Assembly: GCA_050084515.1 (NCBI GenBank)
Contig: CM114271.1
Location: forward strand, 43,834,001 to 43,898,000
Reading direction: 5' to 3'
Origin: Blasia pusilla
Taxonomy: Eukaryota
Length of the DNA stretch: 64,000 nucleotides
Part shown: positions 14,071 through 28,559 of the stretch, one piece after another
Numbering within the stretch: position 1 is the first letter of the stretch
How the letters are laid out: each line of letters begins with the position of its first letter
Made by a program: the position numbers and the translations under genes
The notes under the pieces: model-generated
The model's input: the letters and a program-made list of their open reading frames with translations, nothing else
Database searches by the model: none
Told to the model about the DNA's origin: nothing

Positions 14071-14716
14071 TGTCACGTCTTTTAGGATAGATCGGTGAGA
14101 TCTAGTAGAGCGCCTTTGTGAGTAGTGGAGGACATGCTCACTAGGTCGAGGATGAGTTGCCGAGGCCCCGGGAAACCTGAGAGAGCAAGTTTCTCCTTCG
14201 TTTCGACACATTTGGAGCCATATTGAAGAACTTACTATTTTAAGTAGGTATTGTTTTGAGTATATGATCAAATTTCTATTTTTGGTAAGTGGCCCTTAAC
14301 CTCCTACATCATGTCAAGAGCCAAGGAGGTGACTTGGGAGCATAGGTTATCATGGAGAGAGCTTGGGGGAGGGGAGGGGTATACCTCAAGGAGAGAGAGC
14401 TTGAAAGCTCATTCTCTCTTTGTTGAACCTCTTGGCATGAGGCGGCGGAGCTATGGTCTTCCTTACCTTGTGTGTGTAACCCAAACCTCTCATTAGGAGA
14501 GTGGATTTGGTTTGACATTGAGAAAGAGATGTGAGAGTGTACACATGTGAGAACTATGGTGTTGTGAGAGAGATTGGATCTTATTTTTATTGGAGATATT
14601 TTAGTACTTCTTGTCTCGTTGTTTGGATGCCATGAGTTAGCATGGGATCGTGCATATTTATGTGTGTGTTCGGTGACAACGATGTATGTTGTGTAGCGAT
14701 GTGTATGCGCACGACA
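14071..14716 (+). mobile_element. Solo A-B unit (solo-LTR equivalent) of a related split-repeat family
   Basis: Starts TGTCAC, ends GATGTGTATGCGCACGACA like the B ends of copy B. Perfect 4-bp TSD TCAC (14067-14070, 14717-14720). Confidence 0.8.
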
Positions 14717-17700
14717 TCACCTTTGTTGCATCATTTGGCTTGTTTGATTAAAATTTTGAATATGTTGAATGGAAATATTTGTCCAGGTATGATACATTAA
14801 TTAAAATTGGAAATTATTATAATTTCCAGCCATTTTTTAGTGTTGTTGCAAGAGAATTGCAAGTCAGACTCACAAAAGGCCCATGTCCAAGTTGCAAAGC
14901 TATGAAAAAATTATAAGTCAAGTATGAGTTTGTTGCAAGCCAAGTGTAACTAGACTATGAGTGTTAGAAAAGATAACTTTTGAACCAGGTCACAATTGGT
15001 AACTGCAAGTCCAATTCTTATTTCTGCAAGTGAGTTATAAGCGAGGTTTGAGTGGTGGACTCATAAGGTCGAGCAATATTGCGACTTAACTATAACAAAG
15101 GTGCAACTTCTGAGACTTACAAAGTGGTTGCAAATATAATAACCCCAAAGAGGGATGACAAGCCAAATTTTTTAGTTGATTTTCGTCGCTTCATGCCACA
15201 CAATTGGGCATCTCAGAAAATATTCCATAGCTAAGATTTCACAATTAACTTTATGTCTAGACAGATATTTAAAGTAAAAAATATCTTCAAAGGTGGACTA
15301 ATATTAGTTACCTTCCCTTTTATCTAAGATAAGGGCCATGGCCCCCTCTCATTTCAAGCACCTTCAAGAACTCTAGGTCAATTAACCTTCATCAACCTTA
15401 TCCTCTCCAATCCATAGAGGTTAGCCAAGGAAAATCTATGCACCCAATCAAATGAGATATTCTCCGCAATTTTTTTTTCGAGGGTAGGGGCAGGAAGCTA
15501 AAATCTTTAGGGAGAAGAACTGCTATTATTGGAGGAAGTAGTGAGATTATTGAGCAATAGAGAATTAATGGACGGGAGGAGTAGGTGTTTAAGAAGAGCC
15601 TCCACTAATCTTTAAAGTCAATAGTGATGATCGTTACATGATATTTTTTGAAAACTTTTTTTTTGTCTGTAATATAGGCATGTTAACTAGTTTTTTTTAA
15701 AGGACTACTGCTTTTGCATTACGGCCCCAACTTAAAGTCCTTAATTTGTGGTTCCTTCAGAGGTGTGTGTAGAACACCATATTTTGTGCAGTCGCTCCAG
15801 AATGCTCTAGCGAATCCTTCGAGTGACGTGGACCAATAGCATTGGATGAAAAATCTGTAGGCTTAAGCGTTCCGCTCACTTGTACTAGTTGCGCGGGTTT
15901 GTATTGAAGTGTCTTTATAATGCAGACAGCGACGCCGTTGCTAGACTTGATGTATATAATCCTCCCTTGAATATTGCATTGCGTGTATTGATACAACGTC
16001 CCTTTTGTTATTTTGTGCCCATATGCATTGATTACCTTTTGTATGTTATAGAATGTAAGTTGATAACGCATTGCATCGTTCGGCGAAATGGGCAACCCGA
16101 ATGGTTCTCAAAGGATGTAGGCATTAATGTCACAATGCCATTATGTTAAAAAAATGATCTAGCAATCCGCATTACATATTTGGTTACCATCAGATTAGTA
16201 TAGTGCGTTCACCGAATTAGTATAGTATATTCAATTGTGTATCCAAATTTGTTTTTAATAAGTATCATAAATAATTTATTGTACAAAATATTGTATTCTT
16301 CTCCGTATGTCTCGTATACACTAATGTAGTGACTTCCCAGTTTGTATTGAAGACTAATATACTCTCAGATGCCTTCGACCACAAAATTGGGTGCTAGCAA
16401 TAACGCAATGTACAATTTTTTTGAATTTTTAACATTATGAGTCTCTTTTCTATTATGCTCCTTTGTAATGTAGTATCTCCCGATTTGTATTGAAGACTAC
16501 TACACTTCTATACTCTTCGATGCCTACGGCCACAAAATCGGCCCTTCTATTTTTGACCATTGTAGGTCTCTTTCCTATCTATATGCACTTATGTAATTTA
16601 CTTTGTATAGCAACATTTTCGTATTATTGTTTCTTTAATAATAAGATCCCACTTTTGGGGCCTCCACACTAGTTTAGAGATACCTCTTTGATTCACATAC
16701 TACAATGTGACAACAAGAAAATATTTTGGTAGCCTCAACAAGCTTTAAAACTGAAAACATTTGGACCACTCAATTATGTCCGATGGAGCATGGGATGCGC
16801 ACGTACTCATGTTAGTACTTGAACTCATGGTGTCTTTTTGCGGGAGTCTCCAAAGCTTAATAATTCCTTTTGTAAGTTAGTTTGTTAGATCCCAAAGTTT
16901 TAGTGGATAGTAAATTAGGGTCCCTTCTTTTGAAGCGTAAAATTTAATGGATTAAGACTTCCATCATGACAGGCATGTAGGGTCGCAAGCGTAGGGTTGT
17001 TGCGCCTATCGAACAACAACTGGAATATTCCATTGGGGTTTCTGTTGTTGTTATTTCCTCTTTGTCTTTGCTAGTTCCCCGATTTTTAACAATTGGAAAT
17101 GTGTAGTGACAAAGTCACAAAGGCTTGCACCCTGCCTCCTAGCGATGCGAATCCGGTTCAAAATCCCATTAACATACATGAGTCCCATCCGTTAGATCTT
17201 GATGATGTGGAACGTGGGGCCGGTTATTGGCTACCTCGACTATATGCGACCGGGTCTTCGGAATCATAGTGCCGTCTTAGAGCGCGATTCTATGGAATAA
17301 CTCAAATTGGCGACCCTCGTAATTACGTCAGGTCAAACACATCTTAGGCTTCATTTATTTCTGAAATGGTTGGAGTCCTTGGGTTTATAATCGGCGTCTT
17401 TAATTATTCCACTATTTTTGGACGCAAGAAATCATGGAATTGACCCCGTCTCATACGGCCAAAGTCGTATGGGACGGGGCCTATTTGGATGCTTATTATC
17501 TAATGGTTGAAATTGTGAAACCTGAATAAAATTCGCGCCCACACATATAGAGGTGCGAAATTTGCGACTTTATTACCACTATTTCCAACCAGCTCCTTAC
17601 AGGGTGCCAAGGAGCCGGCCTCATGGGACCGGGTCTTAGACGGCCGTAAGATTTGGTGAGAAGATTAGAACGCTGAGTCCAAGCGCAGCTCTCGGGACGT

Positions 17701-18129
17701 TGCTCATAGTTCGCGACTTTGATTACCGTCGCTGGGCGCTGAGTCAGGGTCGCTACTTTCGGCATTCAAGGACGGGTCGACCATACTCAAGTTATATCCG
17801 GTCGACGCTCCGGACCCACCTCAGCTGAATCTGGGATGGTCCCAAACCATCACTTTTCCCCACTTGCAATATCCTCCGCTTCACTTTACCGTAACACGGT
17901 AACACCGTTGCCTGTCCGTCCGTGCACGCTAACCCGACCTTATCCTCAACTGCTGCCTGCCACCCACGAACTGCCCGCTCTCGCACTCTCTGCTGCTGTT
18001 GTTGTTGTATATGATTTCGCTTCGGGCGTAGTTGTCTTCCGCCTCTAGTTCGGTGCGTTCTTGAAATCGATCGCTGGAACTCGTCCTCAGACTCACCATT
18101 AGATTTGAAATTCCGACGCGGTAGCAAAC

Positions 18130-20615
18130 ATGGAAGCGATTGGGAGAGTGGCAGCAGTGGACAGTTGGGCAATGAGTCCAGTCGCGGGAGTGAAGTCTTT
18201 GTTGCGATTGAATGCAGGAGCTTCGCCATCGTCGGCTGATTGTTGCACATTTCGTTCTCCTCTGGGTCTTGGAGGGAAGGCGCTATCTAGAAGAAAGAGC
18301 GCCAGACTTTCTCTTCGTTCTGCTCGTCCGAGAGGACGTTTTGTGTCTGCAGTCGACTCGTCATATGTTCCCATTTTGCAAAGGGATTCACTGTTCGAGG
18401 AAATTAACGTGCAAGAGTTGGCAGCAGAGTCTCCATCGTTGCTAGCCGAATGCTCCGACTTGGACTGGACCAAATCAGTGAATGACTTGCGTTCGGAAGC
18501 GCTTCACTCTTTGCAGTCTGCAGACTCGAGAGCTCTGAGCCTCAAGGTGCTAGAGAAAATGATGAGCACTTGGATTCATGATCGCATGGTTGAGGGAGTT
18601 AATATTCTTGATGAACAACCTTCTAGGGAAGAATCTGGATGGAGTTACGGAGATGCTGTCCAGGAACTACGATGGCGCGCCAATTTGCAGGTATGACTCT
18701 ATTTTGTCTTCCCGTGTTCACATTATTTTGACGCTTTTGAGAACAATTGTGATGATCTTGGATCTCCCTCCCTCGCCCCATGTATCTTCTGTGGTCTAAA
18801 TTGTGGCTCAGTTCGCCGATAGGCTTGAGCGAGTCATTGCGCCTCGAATGGAAGTTGGTCGGTATAGGTGTGTAATAGATGTGGTTTACTTATCTGAAAA
18901 CTGCTCGAGGAATTGTAGAGATAAGCTAAGACGGGCTCTCACCAGATCACCGATCTACTAGTTTGTGTCCACGTAATTGATTTTAGGGATGTCCACTTCT
19001 GCTAGGCAATGACAAGGCCGCTTTGCGTTGCTACAACAGTCTGTAAATTCCTAAAATGACATTCGTCAAACCCACCTTAGATTATTTTCATGACCTCGAC
19101 AGGTGGTGTAGAAATGGTCGGTCTGAGAGGCGCGTCAGAGAAGAGTTAGAGCAATGTGGGTACTGAACGTTTCGATATTCTTACAGGCAGCGCAAGAACT
19201 GGCCATGGGGGTTGATGCTTCTTTCGACTGGGAAACAGAGGCAGCTGAGCTTCATCGGAGGGTTCTTACGCATGGTGGTGCCGAGCCTCCGGATGTTTCG
19301 AAGCCAGAGCAGGGCCTGTGGCAAGCATGGGTTTGCGCTAGACAAGATATGACAAACTCTTCAGATTGGCTAGCACAAGATGTTCTGTCATCGGCCGATG
19401 CCCAAGTGGGCGTCCAAGATCTCAAACTTCTCGTGAGTATTCAGTCCCCCATGGCTCTCGCCTTTCGTTTTCGGCTTGTATCCGATCTGATGGCGTAGTG
19501 ACTTAGCACCATTGTTTTTAGCCTGGTCCATTCTCGCGTAATATCCTATTGATTTCGAAGTAGTGATTTTCTGTGTTTACTATTGTATTTTCGTCTAGAT
19601 ATTATATTAAGTTAGTTTGTTGTGCCAATGTGCTAAAGGAAGAGATTGGTAATGAAGAGAGTAAGAAATTAAAGTTCCACTCGCTCACACACGAGCGAAG
19701 ATCAGTCAGCACATTCATGAAGCAAAGTCCTTGGACCTTACACGACTGGGCGCAAAAGTGGTTTTGTTCCTGACGTTCGCTTGTTGATCGTGATAGGTTG
19801 ACAAAAAAAATGCGTCAAACGACGCACAAACGAAATCACTGAGTCTCACTTCGGATTCCAATTTCGAGGATCGTGAAATGTCTTGGTTTTCTGTAGGTGC
19901 AGCTGTAGCAACAAGCCTGGCTGTGCAGGGAACGTCGGTGATGGATGCAGTGGCCAGTGAAACAGGAATCAGTATTGAACAAAATCCAGAGTCTGCTGAA
20001 GCAGCATCACGGGCGCCTTCATGGCTTGTCCCTGCGGTGCTTGCGTTTCCTGTCTTATCATACTTCCTCTTCAACGTTTATAGAGACAAGGTGAACTTCC
20101 TGTTACGGTCCGAATGTTTCCTGAATCAAGGCAACAACCAATTTGTGACTCTTCTTCTGAGTGCTTGGATTATGCTGCTACTCTTAGTTGATCACAGTTC
20201 TTTACTACCACCGGACTGAAGTTTTCCAAGAAATGAATGTTGAGATATGTTTCTGGTTCATGCAGGTCAATCCTTATGCTAAGCTTACAGACTGGATGTT
20301 TACAGTCGTCGCGGTAGTCATCGTTGCCAACATCGTAATGATGGCCGCATGGGGGGTATGCTTTCCTACCGTATGTCGTTTCCTTGCAAGAACCATTTCG
20401 ATGCTATTGCGTTGACAAAAGGGATGTTACTGCAATATCTGATTGTAGCTGTCACTTGTAGGGTGCATCATGCTGGCAATCTCGTCGTGGTATAGACTTC
20501 GTACAATGTCACTCAGTTGGGCAGCCTATTCCATGGCACTTGTGGATCAAGTTACAGGTTCTTTTGAAGCTGACTTGGGTCCTCTGTTTGTGGCGAACAG
20601 GTGCGATTGTACTGA
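18130..20615 (+). CDS. Putative plastid-targeted membrane protein of unknown function (~401 aa, 5 exons)
   Basis: Exons 18130-18690, 19187-19432, 19797-20090, 20266-20355, 20601-20615, all GT-AG and phase 0, open to TGA. Ser/Arg-rich N-terminus and two C-terminal hydrophobic helices ending GVRLY. Confidence 0.8.
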
Positions 20616-22769
20616 GAGTGGAAATGTAGCGCGTGGTCGAGGAGCACACGTGCAGCGCAGATGGTCATGAATGTGTATTTGTACATTGCCCCCACAGATC
20701 CAAAGGGGCTCCAGGCTTCTTCTTTATACCTGCAAAGCATATATAGGAAGTTACCAGAAGAGTGTGAAGGTTAAATCTTCTCAAAACTCGTGATGCAGAT
20801 CTTCTATCAATCCCTGTGAATATCTTCAACAGACAATGTAAACCCAAGTTTGCAAGAAGGCATCATTCCTCTCGTATGGAGACAGTGTTAACGTCCTCAT
20901 AAATGGAGAGACATACTCTGAGTGAACAGCCCTCATTTCGACAGATCGTGTACATGTAAAAATAAATGTTTTCTTAAAATTCCTTACAGGATTTTGTTTT
21001 CCGACTCATGTACTGAGTCTCACATTATGAACAGTCAAGTAAACCAAATTTTCCAGTCTCCAATTCAGAGCTTTCAATAATGGGTCGTAAAGAACATGAC
21101 GTTTCCTTGTCCTGGGCATTCAAAACACGTCGTACTTCAACAAGATCTCCGCTCATTTCACAAGGATTCGAGTTCAGCACTAGGAACTGTTACACGAACT
21201 CCTCGGAGTCAAGATTTCATGTTGTTACTGACGAGCCAGAGTTCCGGCAACATATACACTCTGCAATTCTCTGAACCCGCATAGAACTTTTCTCTTAACC
21301 TTCTATCTCTCCATCTACATCGTAACCGTGAGGACTACACATTCCTACTTTCATGGCATCAATAAGTCCGGGAAGCGTACAGCGTCCACCTTTTCTGCGT
21401 CAAGCACGCCACAGCACCTTGAAGACATGAAAATGCCTTACAGATGTGGAAGCTCATCACGTCAGCTAACTATCTCTCTCCACTTTACGTAACGAATTCG
21501 AAACACGTCTGCAGCCTATTCTCTCTCGTCCATGACCCCCGCTAATCTCAAGTGACGAACCCGAAATACAACTCCTGTCTGTTAAGTGAAGTGAGTGAAC
21601 TCCTCCGGCACAAAATGAATCATTTACAAAATGGCCAGGCACATTTACCATGAGTCTTGTAAGAGCTTAGTCCTCAATAGAAAAGTACTTTCCACGTGGA
21701 AAGGACTTTTTCGTAAAGGGACATAAAAGCCATAAAAGGAGCGTCCACTTTACACGAGCTTGCTTTTCGTTTCACTCCTGCAATCTCCTTGAATTTCAGA
21801 TATAGGGCTGCCTATCCATTAGGGGCTAAGAAGAATAGTATTTTTTTCCATTAAGGGGAAAGAAGAATACTATTTCTTCCCCCTAATTTAAAAGCACTCC
21901 CTCCCTCAAAGGCAGAAAAAACCCTTGTGGAAAAGATAAGGGGAAACTCACATATTGAGATTAAACCAAAATAAACAAACTTTAGGGGAAAACAAAATTG
22001 GAATAAAATATTAGAACATGGAAAGGATTCTAGACCAAACTACATAGGCAAGCAAGGCAATAGAACACCAAACATTTGTAAGGAATGTGTTGTGCATCAT
22101 AGAGCAGTGTCGTGTCGAGAGCTTTTCTTCGAGTAAGGGTACACCTTCTAACTGCGGCAGACGTGGTTGATGCAATGTGAACTCTATAAGAAGGTTCCTT
22201 TTTTCAATACAGAATTATTATATCAACCCTCCATTCTCTCATGACAGGAATCACGAAGGGTAGTGCCGAGGCGATCACTTCTTCATAACATCGAACACCA
22301 AAATTCCTAACTATACAGTCCTTGTAAATTACTTTACGCTTGTACACAAGGAAAATAACACAACTAGTATTAACCCTACCCGAGCAGACCTATTAACATC
22401 CATGGATCGCTATATAAGAACATACAACGTACAATCCCATATCCTCCCATACGTGATAATAGGAAGAATCACCGGAGTTGGAGATTGCATGACCTGGTTC
22501 ATGAATGTCTCCCCAAAGTGGTAAACTAGATATCGAGTAAATCAATGCCTATTTACAAAGAGAATCTTCACGTGATACGGGTTAAGGAAAGGAAAAACAG
22601 GTACAACTTGTGCTCCATCCCTATCCATACTTGACGGACATCCTCTACTCTCCTCAAGAATCCATTATCTCTAATATGACTAAACTCCCCTAAGATGACC
22701 AGTCTCTCATCTCCACACATACCACAGTCTAGAAACCTCTCGAAGAATAGACCATGGTCAAGTTACACT

Positions 22770-23250
22770 CCCAAGAGGGATAATCCACTCTCATTGGAAG
22801 AGCAAGCAAGCCCCAATGCTATCCACTTGCGAGTGACACAAGAACTCAAGAAATGAAATAGAAGGTGATGAACCCTTGAAGATCCCTCCTCTTTATATAC
22901 TCACAAGGGATCCACAAGAGTACGAAATAGAGCTAATCTTATCTTGCGCCAGATGGCTTCCTCTCAAGGCTTAGCCAATCACATTTTGACACAAGTAGAT
23001 GACCTCTTATCTCTTCCAAAATATCCTCCTTTACTCACTTCATATCTTCTAAAGTACCCCAACTACCCTAGCTACCAACCAAGACTACTTTTTCTTTTCT
23101 TTCATTAATCTACCAACCCCACTACTTTACTTTTATAATCTCATGTTTGTTTTATTATCTCTTTTCCTAAATTTTGGCCCGCATAAAAGAGACATCATAA
23201 AGAGGTTTAAACATGAAAATTTTATTTTTCTAAGCTAATTTACTTAATAC
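22770..23250 (-). mobile_element. Possible decayed LTR plus leader fragment
   Basis: CCAAGAGGGATAATCCACT...AAGAGCAA resembles the chromovirus leader at 49638-49672, followed by a CTCTTTATATACT TATA context like the chromovirus LTR. Confidence 0.4.
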
Positions 23251-26200
23251 TAATAAAACTCTCACTAACACTTGATGAGAGAGAAGTTTACATAGTGGGT
23301 GATTTTACTATACGATAGTGGTGCACATACAGTGGATCAGAATGGCTCTTTACATTAGCGGGGCCTTTGAATTATGCTCCTCCTAGAACAGAAATGCCTC
23401 CTACCTAAGGTGAATACAATTCACGTCCACAAGACGTTGGAAAATGACAACTATTCACTCACACTTCAGACACATGCTATGAGTCACCATAATGACTTGC
23501 ATGTCCTATTATACCTCATGGTAGCGGATTGCTAGTGTCAATAAAGAAAGGCCACTAGTAATTAGTAACATGTTGATATCTAACAACGCTACCGCAATGA
23601 CAACCTCCATTAATAGTATCTCTATGAAACATAGGTTTATGCTTAATTAACCCTTTTGTAAGAATATTTTCCACCATATCATTGGTGTCACGATCAACTA
23701 CATGTATTAATCCCGTGTGGACCATCTCATCATTAAAATGGTCATGAATATCGATGTTTGTTTTCAATTCACTAAATCTTGTTCTATCTAACAAGGCAAA
23801 GCACTTTGGTTATCACTTTGGCTATTACAATCCTTCCTTGTTGATTCCCTATCTTACTTACAAAATTTCTTAACCTAGTTGCTTCTGTGAGAGCTCTAGT
23901 TGAAGCAATGTACTCAACTTCAATAGTGAATAAGGTAATAGATTTTTTGCTTCTTGCTTTCCCAACATATAGTCGTGTGTTTTTAATAAGAGATAGGAAC
24001 GAAAGGTTGATGTTCAATCCCCAATACTACAACTCCAATCAACATCAAAGTAACCACACAATAGTTATGAATTGCCTTTTCTAGTGTACACAAGTCCTAA
24101 GCTTGCAACCCTTTTAGATATCTAAAAATCCTTTTCATAACAACCCAATCGACTAGACCTGATTTAGCCACATATGTAGAAATCATTCTTTATGGTGGAT
24201 AGGGCGTAGGAGCCAACGGACTATCTTGAGTGTAACTTTGCCCCACCATGTCGGATGAGCTTGAGAATAGGTTCATTGTGTCAGGAACGTTATTTTTGAC
24301 AACTTTCCTGTTGAGGTCTCTCACAACCGGATGACTTGTTGACCAAGTCACCCGCCCTTGGTAACATGTGCGCGCAGGTTACCAGAAGGATAGCTATTTT
24401 TAGGGGAGGAGCCTTTTGGCTCTTCCCAACCCTATATAAGGGAGGAAGATGGCTTTCCCATCCCATCTTTCTCATGTTGGGCCATTGGAGCACCTCTCTT
24501 GTATGTGTGTGAGATAGGACTAGGGTGCTAGCGTCCGGATTCCTTGATATCATAGGGTGGACGAGGCTCGATATGCCGATGTTGATTGAGGAGTGGAGTT
24601 TTAGGCTGGGTGTGCCATTTTTCCTACTCTTTAATTTTACATGAGAAAGATGTCAGGGGGCTGGTGAAAATTCGTTGTTTGCAGGTAGATAAGCGAGTTG
24701 CCTCGGTGGGGAGCCCCTGGAGAACTAGGGTAGAGCAGTAGCATAGTGACGGACAGGAGTGCTCGGGTGTAGCACTCAAGTACAGTAGCGTTGAGAGAAT
24801 GGCGTAGTCAAAAAATGGGAAGGGGAGTATTTTGGTGCAAGAAACCATAGCCGTCGTGAGGGCAGCGAGGCTAGGTCAAGTCTAGGGTTAGGGCGTGGAC
24901 CTCCTTCCCGCATAGGGCGCGGCCCTCCCCCCTCCCCCCCCCTTTCCCCCCCTATTTCGGAACCCCCCCTGCATTAACTGCCCTGCCCATAGGGATGCGG
25001 GCCCCGTAAGTCCCCCAAGGGGCCATTAAGACCCATAGGGACATGGGCCAAGGGCCCAGTCCTTTTAGTTTCCCCCTACGTAGTAAACTTAGTTATGTGG
25101 TTCGGAGTGCCGTGGTCGGCGCTTTCCGGATGTGGTTGGTCAAAAGACGTGGTTGGGAGGGACGAAAGTGGCCGACAGGGTCGACGTGGTTGGAGGTACA
25201 GTCGACATGGTGGAGGCGCGGGTGACGTGATAGACGGGCATGGTTGTGGAGGAGTGGATGTTGACGGTGGAGTAGGTTGGTGGGCGTGATCAGGTTACCC
25301 ATTCGAGTCCCTTTTCTCGCATTTATCTTATGTGATTGAGAGTGTTGGGTATTGGGTAGTAGCTGGTGCTAGGTGGGTGGAGTAATGGTGACGAGTGTAG
25401 ACTCTTTTCATGTATAGCATGTTGGTGGATATACGGTGATTGCGGAGTAGGGGTCGCATGTATGACCCGAGAGTGTCGGTAGGTTAGGTGAGTTAGTGGG
25501 AGGCTCATGGTGAGCCTGAGTGTTGAGTGTGCGTGAGGTTGGGTGTGTCATCACGGGATTGACGTTAGCATAGGTGAACTAGTGAGGAGTGTGGGAGACT
25601 CTCCGTGAGTCTGAGTGCTTAAGTGGGTGAGACAGGGTTGTCATCATGGCGTTCTTCCAGGGTTCGGAAGAACGGGGTAGTGCCAGCAGTAGTAGTGGTG
25701 TGACACGGAGTGGAGTGAGATATCGAGGGGTTACGAGTGAGGAGCTACCGTGACAGCCATCTGTGGCTAGATCGTCATCACTAGACATCGGGTTTGGTGA
25801 TGAGATCGCAGACGGAGGCATTATCACTTGGCAGGAGATGGACGATATGGGCCATTGGGGCATGCGTTGTTTGTCGAGTGTAGTGGGCACCATCGACTTA
25901 GATGATTTTATCTCGGAGTTCGACACGTGGTGCGACTTCCCGGAGATACGGACGCCAACACGATTCAACCCTTTCATGGCATGGAAGGGGTTGTTCTAGC
26001 ACTTGGAGGGTCCTCTGATGGATGACTACATGGAGTTTCGATCACTATATTTAGTAGAGATCGATGCCTGGAGGATGTATTGGGCACCAGGGTATGTGTC
26101 CACTAGTGGTCGCGAGGCATATGATGGGATTATGAGAGGAGAGAGACCCACACCATCAGCCCGGAGATTAGATGGAGAGGAGGGCAGTGAGACTGGCAAT

Positions 26201-28559
26201 ATGGCAGAGACCTCTGGTGGTAGAGGGCCACCCAGCTTTAATCCCACAGTGGAGTTCTTACGACAGTTGGGGAAGAGCTACCAAGATGTACACACCGACA
26301 AGCTGAAGAGTCTACAGGATTTTCAGCGACGATCGGGTGAGAGTGTGAGAGAGGCATTCACGCGCATGAGGAGGTTGATCATTGCTACTTATGGAGTGAC
26401 TAAGGTGCATCAGTCCAATATTGGTATGGGGTTCTCGACCGAGAACTACAGAGGAGAGTCCGAGATGCGATGTTGATTCACACAGCGAAGCCTCCATTGA
26501 AGGTGGTCTTCAAGTTGTCTGAGCGTTTTGAGCTCAACATGAGTAAGGAGCAGGTAGTGACCGCTGGATTTTCTCGAGAGTCGATAGGTCTACGAGCGAC
26601 GGTGATTCTTTATGTGCCACAACGAGCACCTGTACCACGGGAGCGGGCCAATGTGCCCAAAGAGCAGGGCGGGTACCGTGAGCCTATGAGGCAACGACCC
26701 GTACTTGCATATGTTGCCCAACAGGGACCGATGTTGTCTTGTTGGACGTGTGGAGGGGCCCATAGGCAGACAGACTGCACACAACATGGGAGAGGACCAT
26801 GAGCGCCTCCGATTGCTCAAGAGCCACAGAGGATGGCCCCACTAGAGTATCAGTGTGACTATTGCCACAAATATGGTCACACTAGGGATAGATGTTTTGA
26901 CCTTCATCGAGAGGCACGTCCAGAGGTAGGCCGAGGGCTTGGGGGCAGTCGTACTGGAGGAGGTTGGGGGAGTTCTTCCTAGACGTGGTGCTAGAGGACC
27001 ACCACCAGCCAGAGGAGATAAAGCAGGAGCACCAGAGCTGGCACTTCTCTCACACATCGATCAGTTGGAGAAGAGGATTGCTGCCATGACGATGATGCAG
27101 CTCAGGGAAGGCACGAAGCGGCAAGCAGCTAGTGTGGCTCCAAATTCTACCTCTTACCCTGACCCGGGTGAGGATCTCGCTAGTATGGGGTTTATGTGTA
27201 GTGCAACTCAGGTTAAGGCGGTTGCAGTGGTGACTCGGGGTGTTGCAAGACGCACTGAGCCATCCAGAGGTCAAGTTGAGATTGACCCATTGTAGGAGAC
27301 CGATGGGCGGCAGGCCAAGGTTCCACAGTCATTCACATTGTTAGAGGCACTACACACACCATCGATGGTACCTCGACGACCAGCGGTGCCTACAGGTCAG
27401 GAAGGTATGTCGACGTCATGAGGAGTTGGAGTGAAAACTCCTATCTCGGCTCGAGTGGAGTCAGTGTCGACCATAGTGTTAGAGGTGGCCACCAGAGTGA
27501 GCCAGACTCCGCTATTTTCCGCCATAGAGTTTGCGACGTTGGGAGTTAGACCAGCTGAGGTGTTTTGACTGGCCGCCACATTGTGTGAGCGTGGAAAGGT
27601 GATTGCTTCTTGTTCAGAGGTAGTTGAGGAGGTGGTGGACTTGCCCTCAAAGCCGGTGCTCGAGATGTCTCCCACAGAGTCATGGCATGCGGCAGCGGCG
27701 ATGTTGGTAGATATGCCAGCTCGAACGGCCATAGAGCAAGCAGTGGTGACACCTAGAGTGGTGTTACCGGATAACCGAGTTGGAGTATTTTGCTTGGTTA
27801 GTTCGACGGGGATAATATACCACCTGGAGCGTGTCCTACTTGATTCGGGAGATCAACCCTTGATGTTAGGGAAGACGGCATGTTTAGCGTTGGGGTTACG
27901 GAAGGTCGACATTGAGCCTTGTCCCTTAATGATACAGACCTCGATTGGGGGCATGTCACCCACGCTGTATATGACTTGACAGGAAATAGTTTTCAGAGTC
28001 CAGCCAGAGCATGCGATGGATAGTGCTATGGTGCGCACACGTGCAATTATGACACCAGCTGAGTCGTACAATATGTTGGTGAGGAGTACAGTGTTATATC
28101 CCCTAGGATTCATCCTTGACTTCTGGGAGGAGACCATTGCTTCTTGGCGAGCGTGGTGGTCAAGTGACGGCCGGATGAGTCAACTACCCGTGCAGTTTGC
28201 GGGACGAGGTGGTCGATCATGAGATGAGTCTCTGACCACGTTGGCATCTTTCACATGTAGTGTTATCTGGCCAAGAGAGTTGTTGGAGGGGAACGCACAT
28301 GCGGAGGATATCCCAGTAGCGGATAGTCCCACAGAGAGACAGGCCATGGCGGGTGCCTCTTCCCATGTTGGCGAGAGCTCTTCACCATTGTGGGGTACGA
28401 CTCGAGAGCTACAGAGGAGTGCCGACGACCTTGTGAGGCAAGCGTGGAGTCATGCCTTTATCCCGGAGCAGCGAGAGTCACGTGGCGATCGAGCTCCTAG
28501 AGTGGAGACATTGACCCCACTGGATACCACACTTGTTGTGTGGCAGTGTCTAGAGGAGG

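Noticed and set aside
15757-16550. Possible Helitron or DNA transposon remnant with a ~70-bp imperfect direct repeat (~16322 and ~16466)
   Set aside because: No diagnostic protein motif or termini; too degenerate
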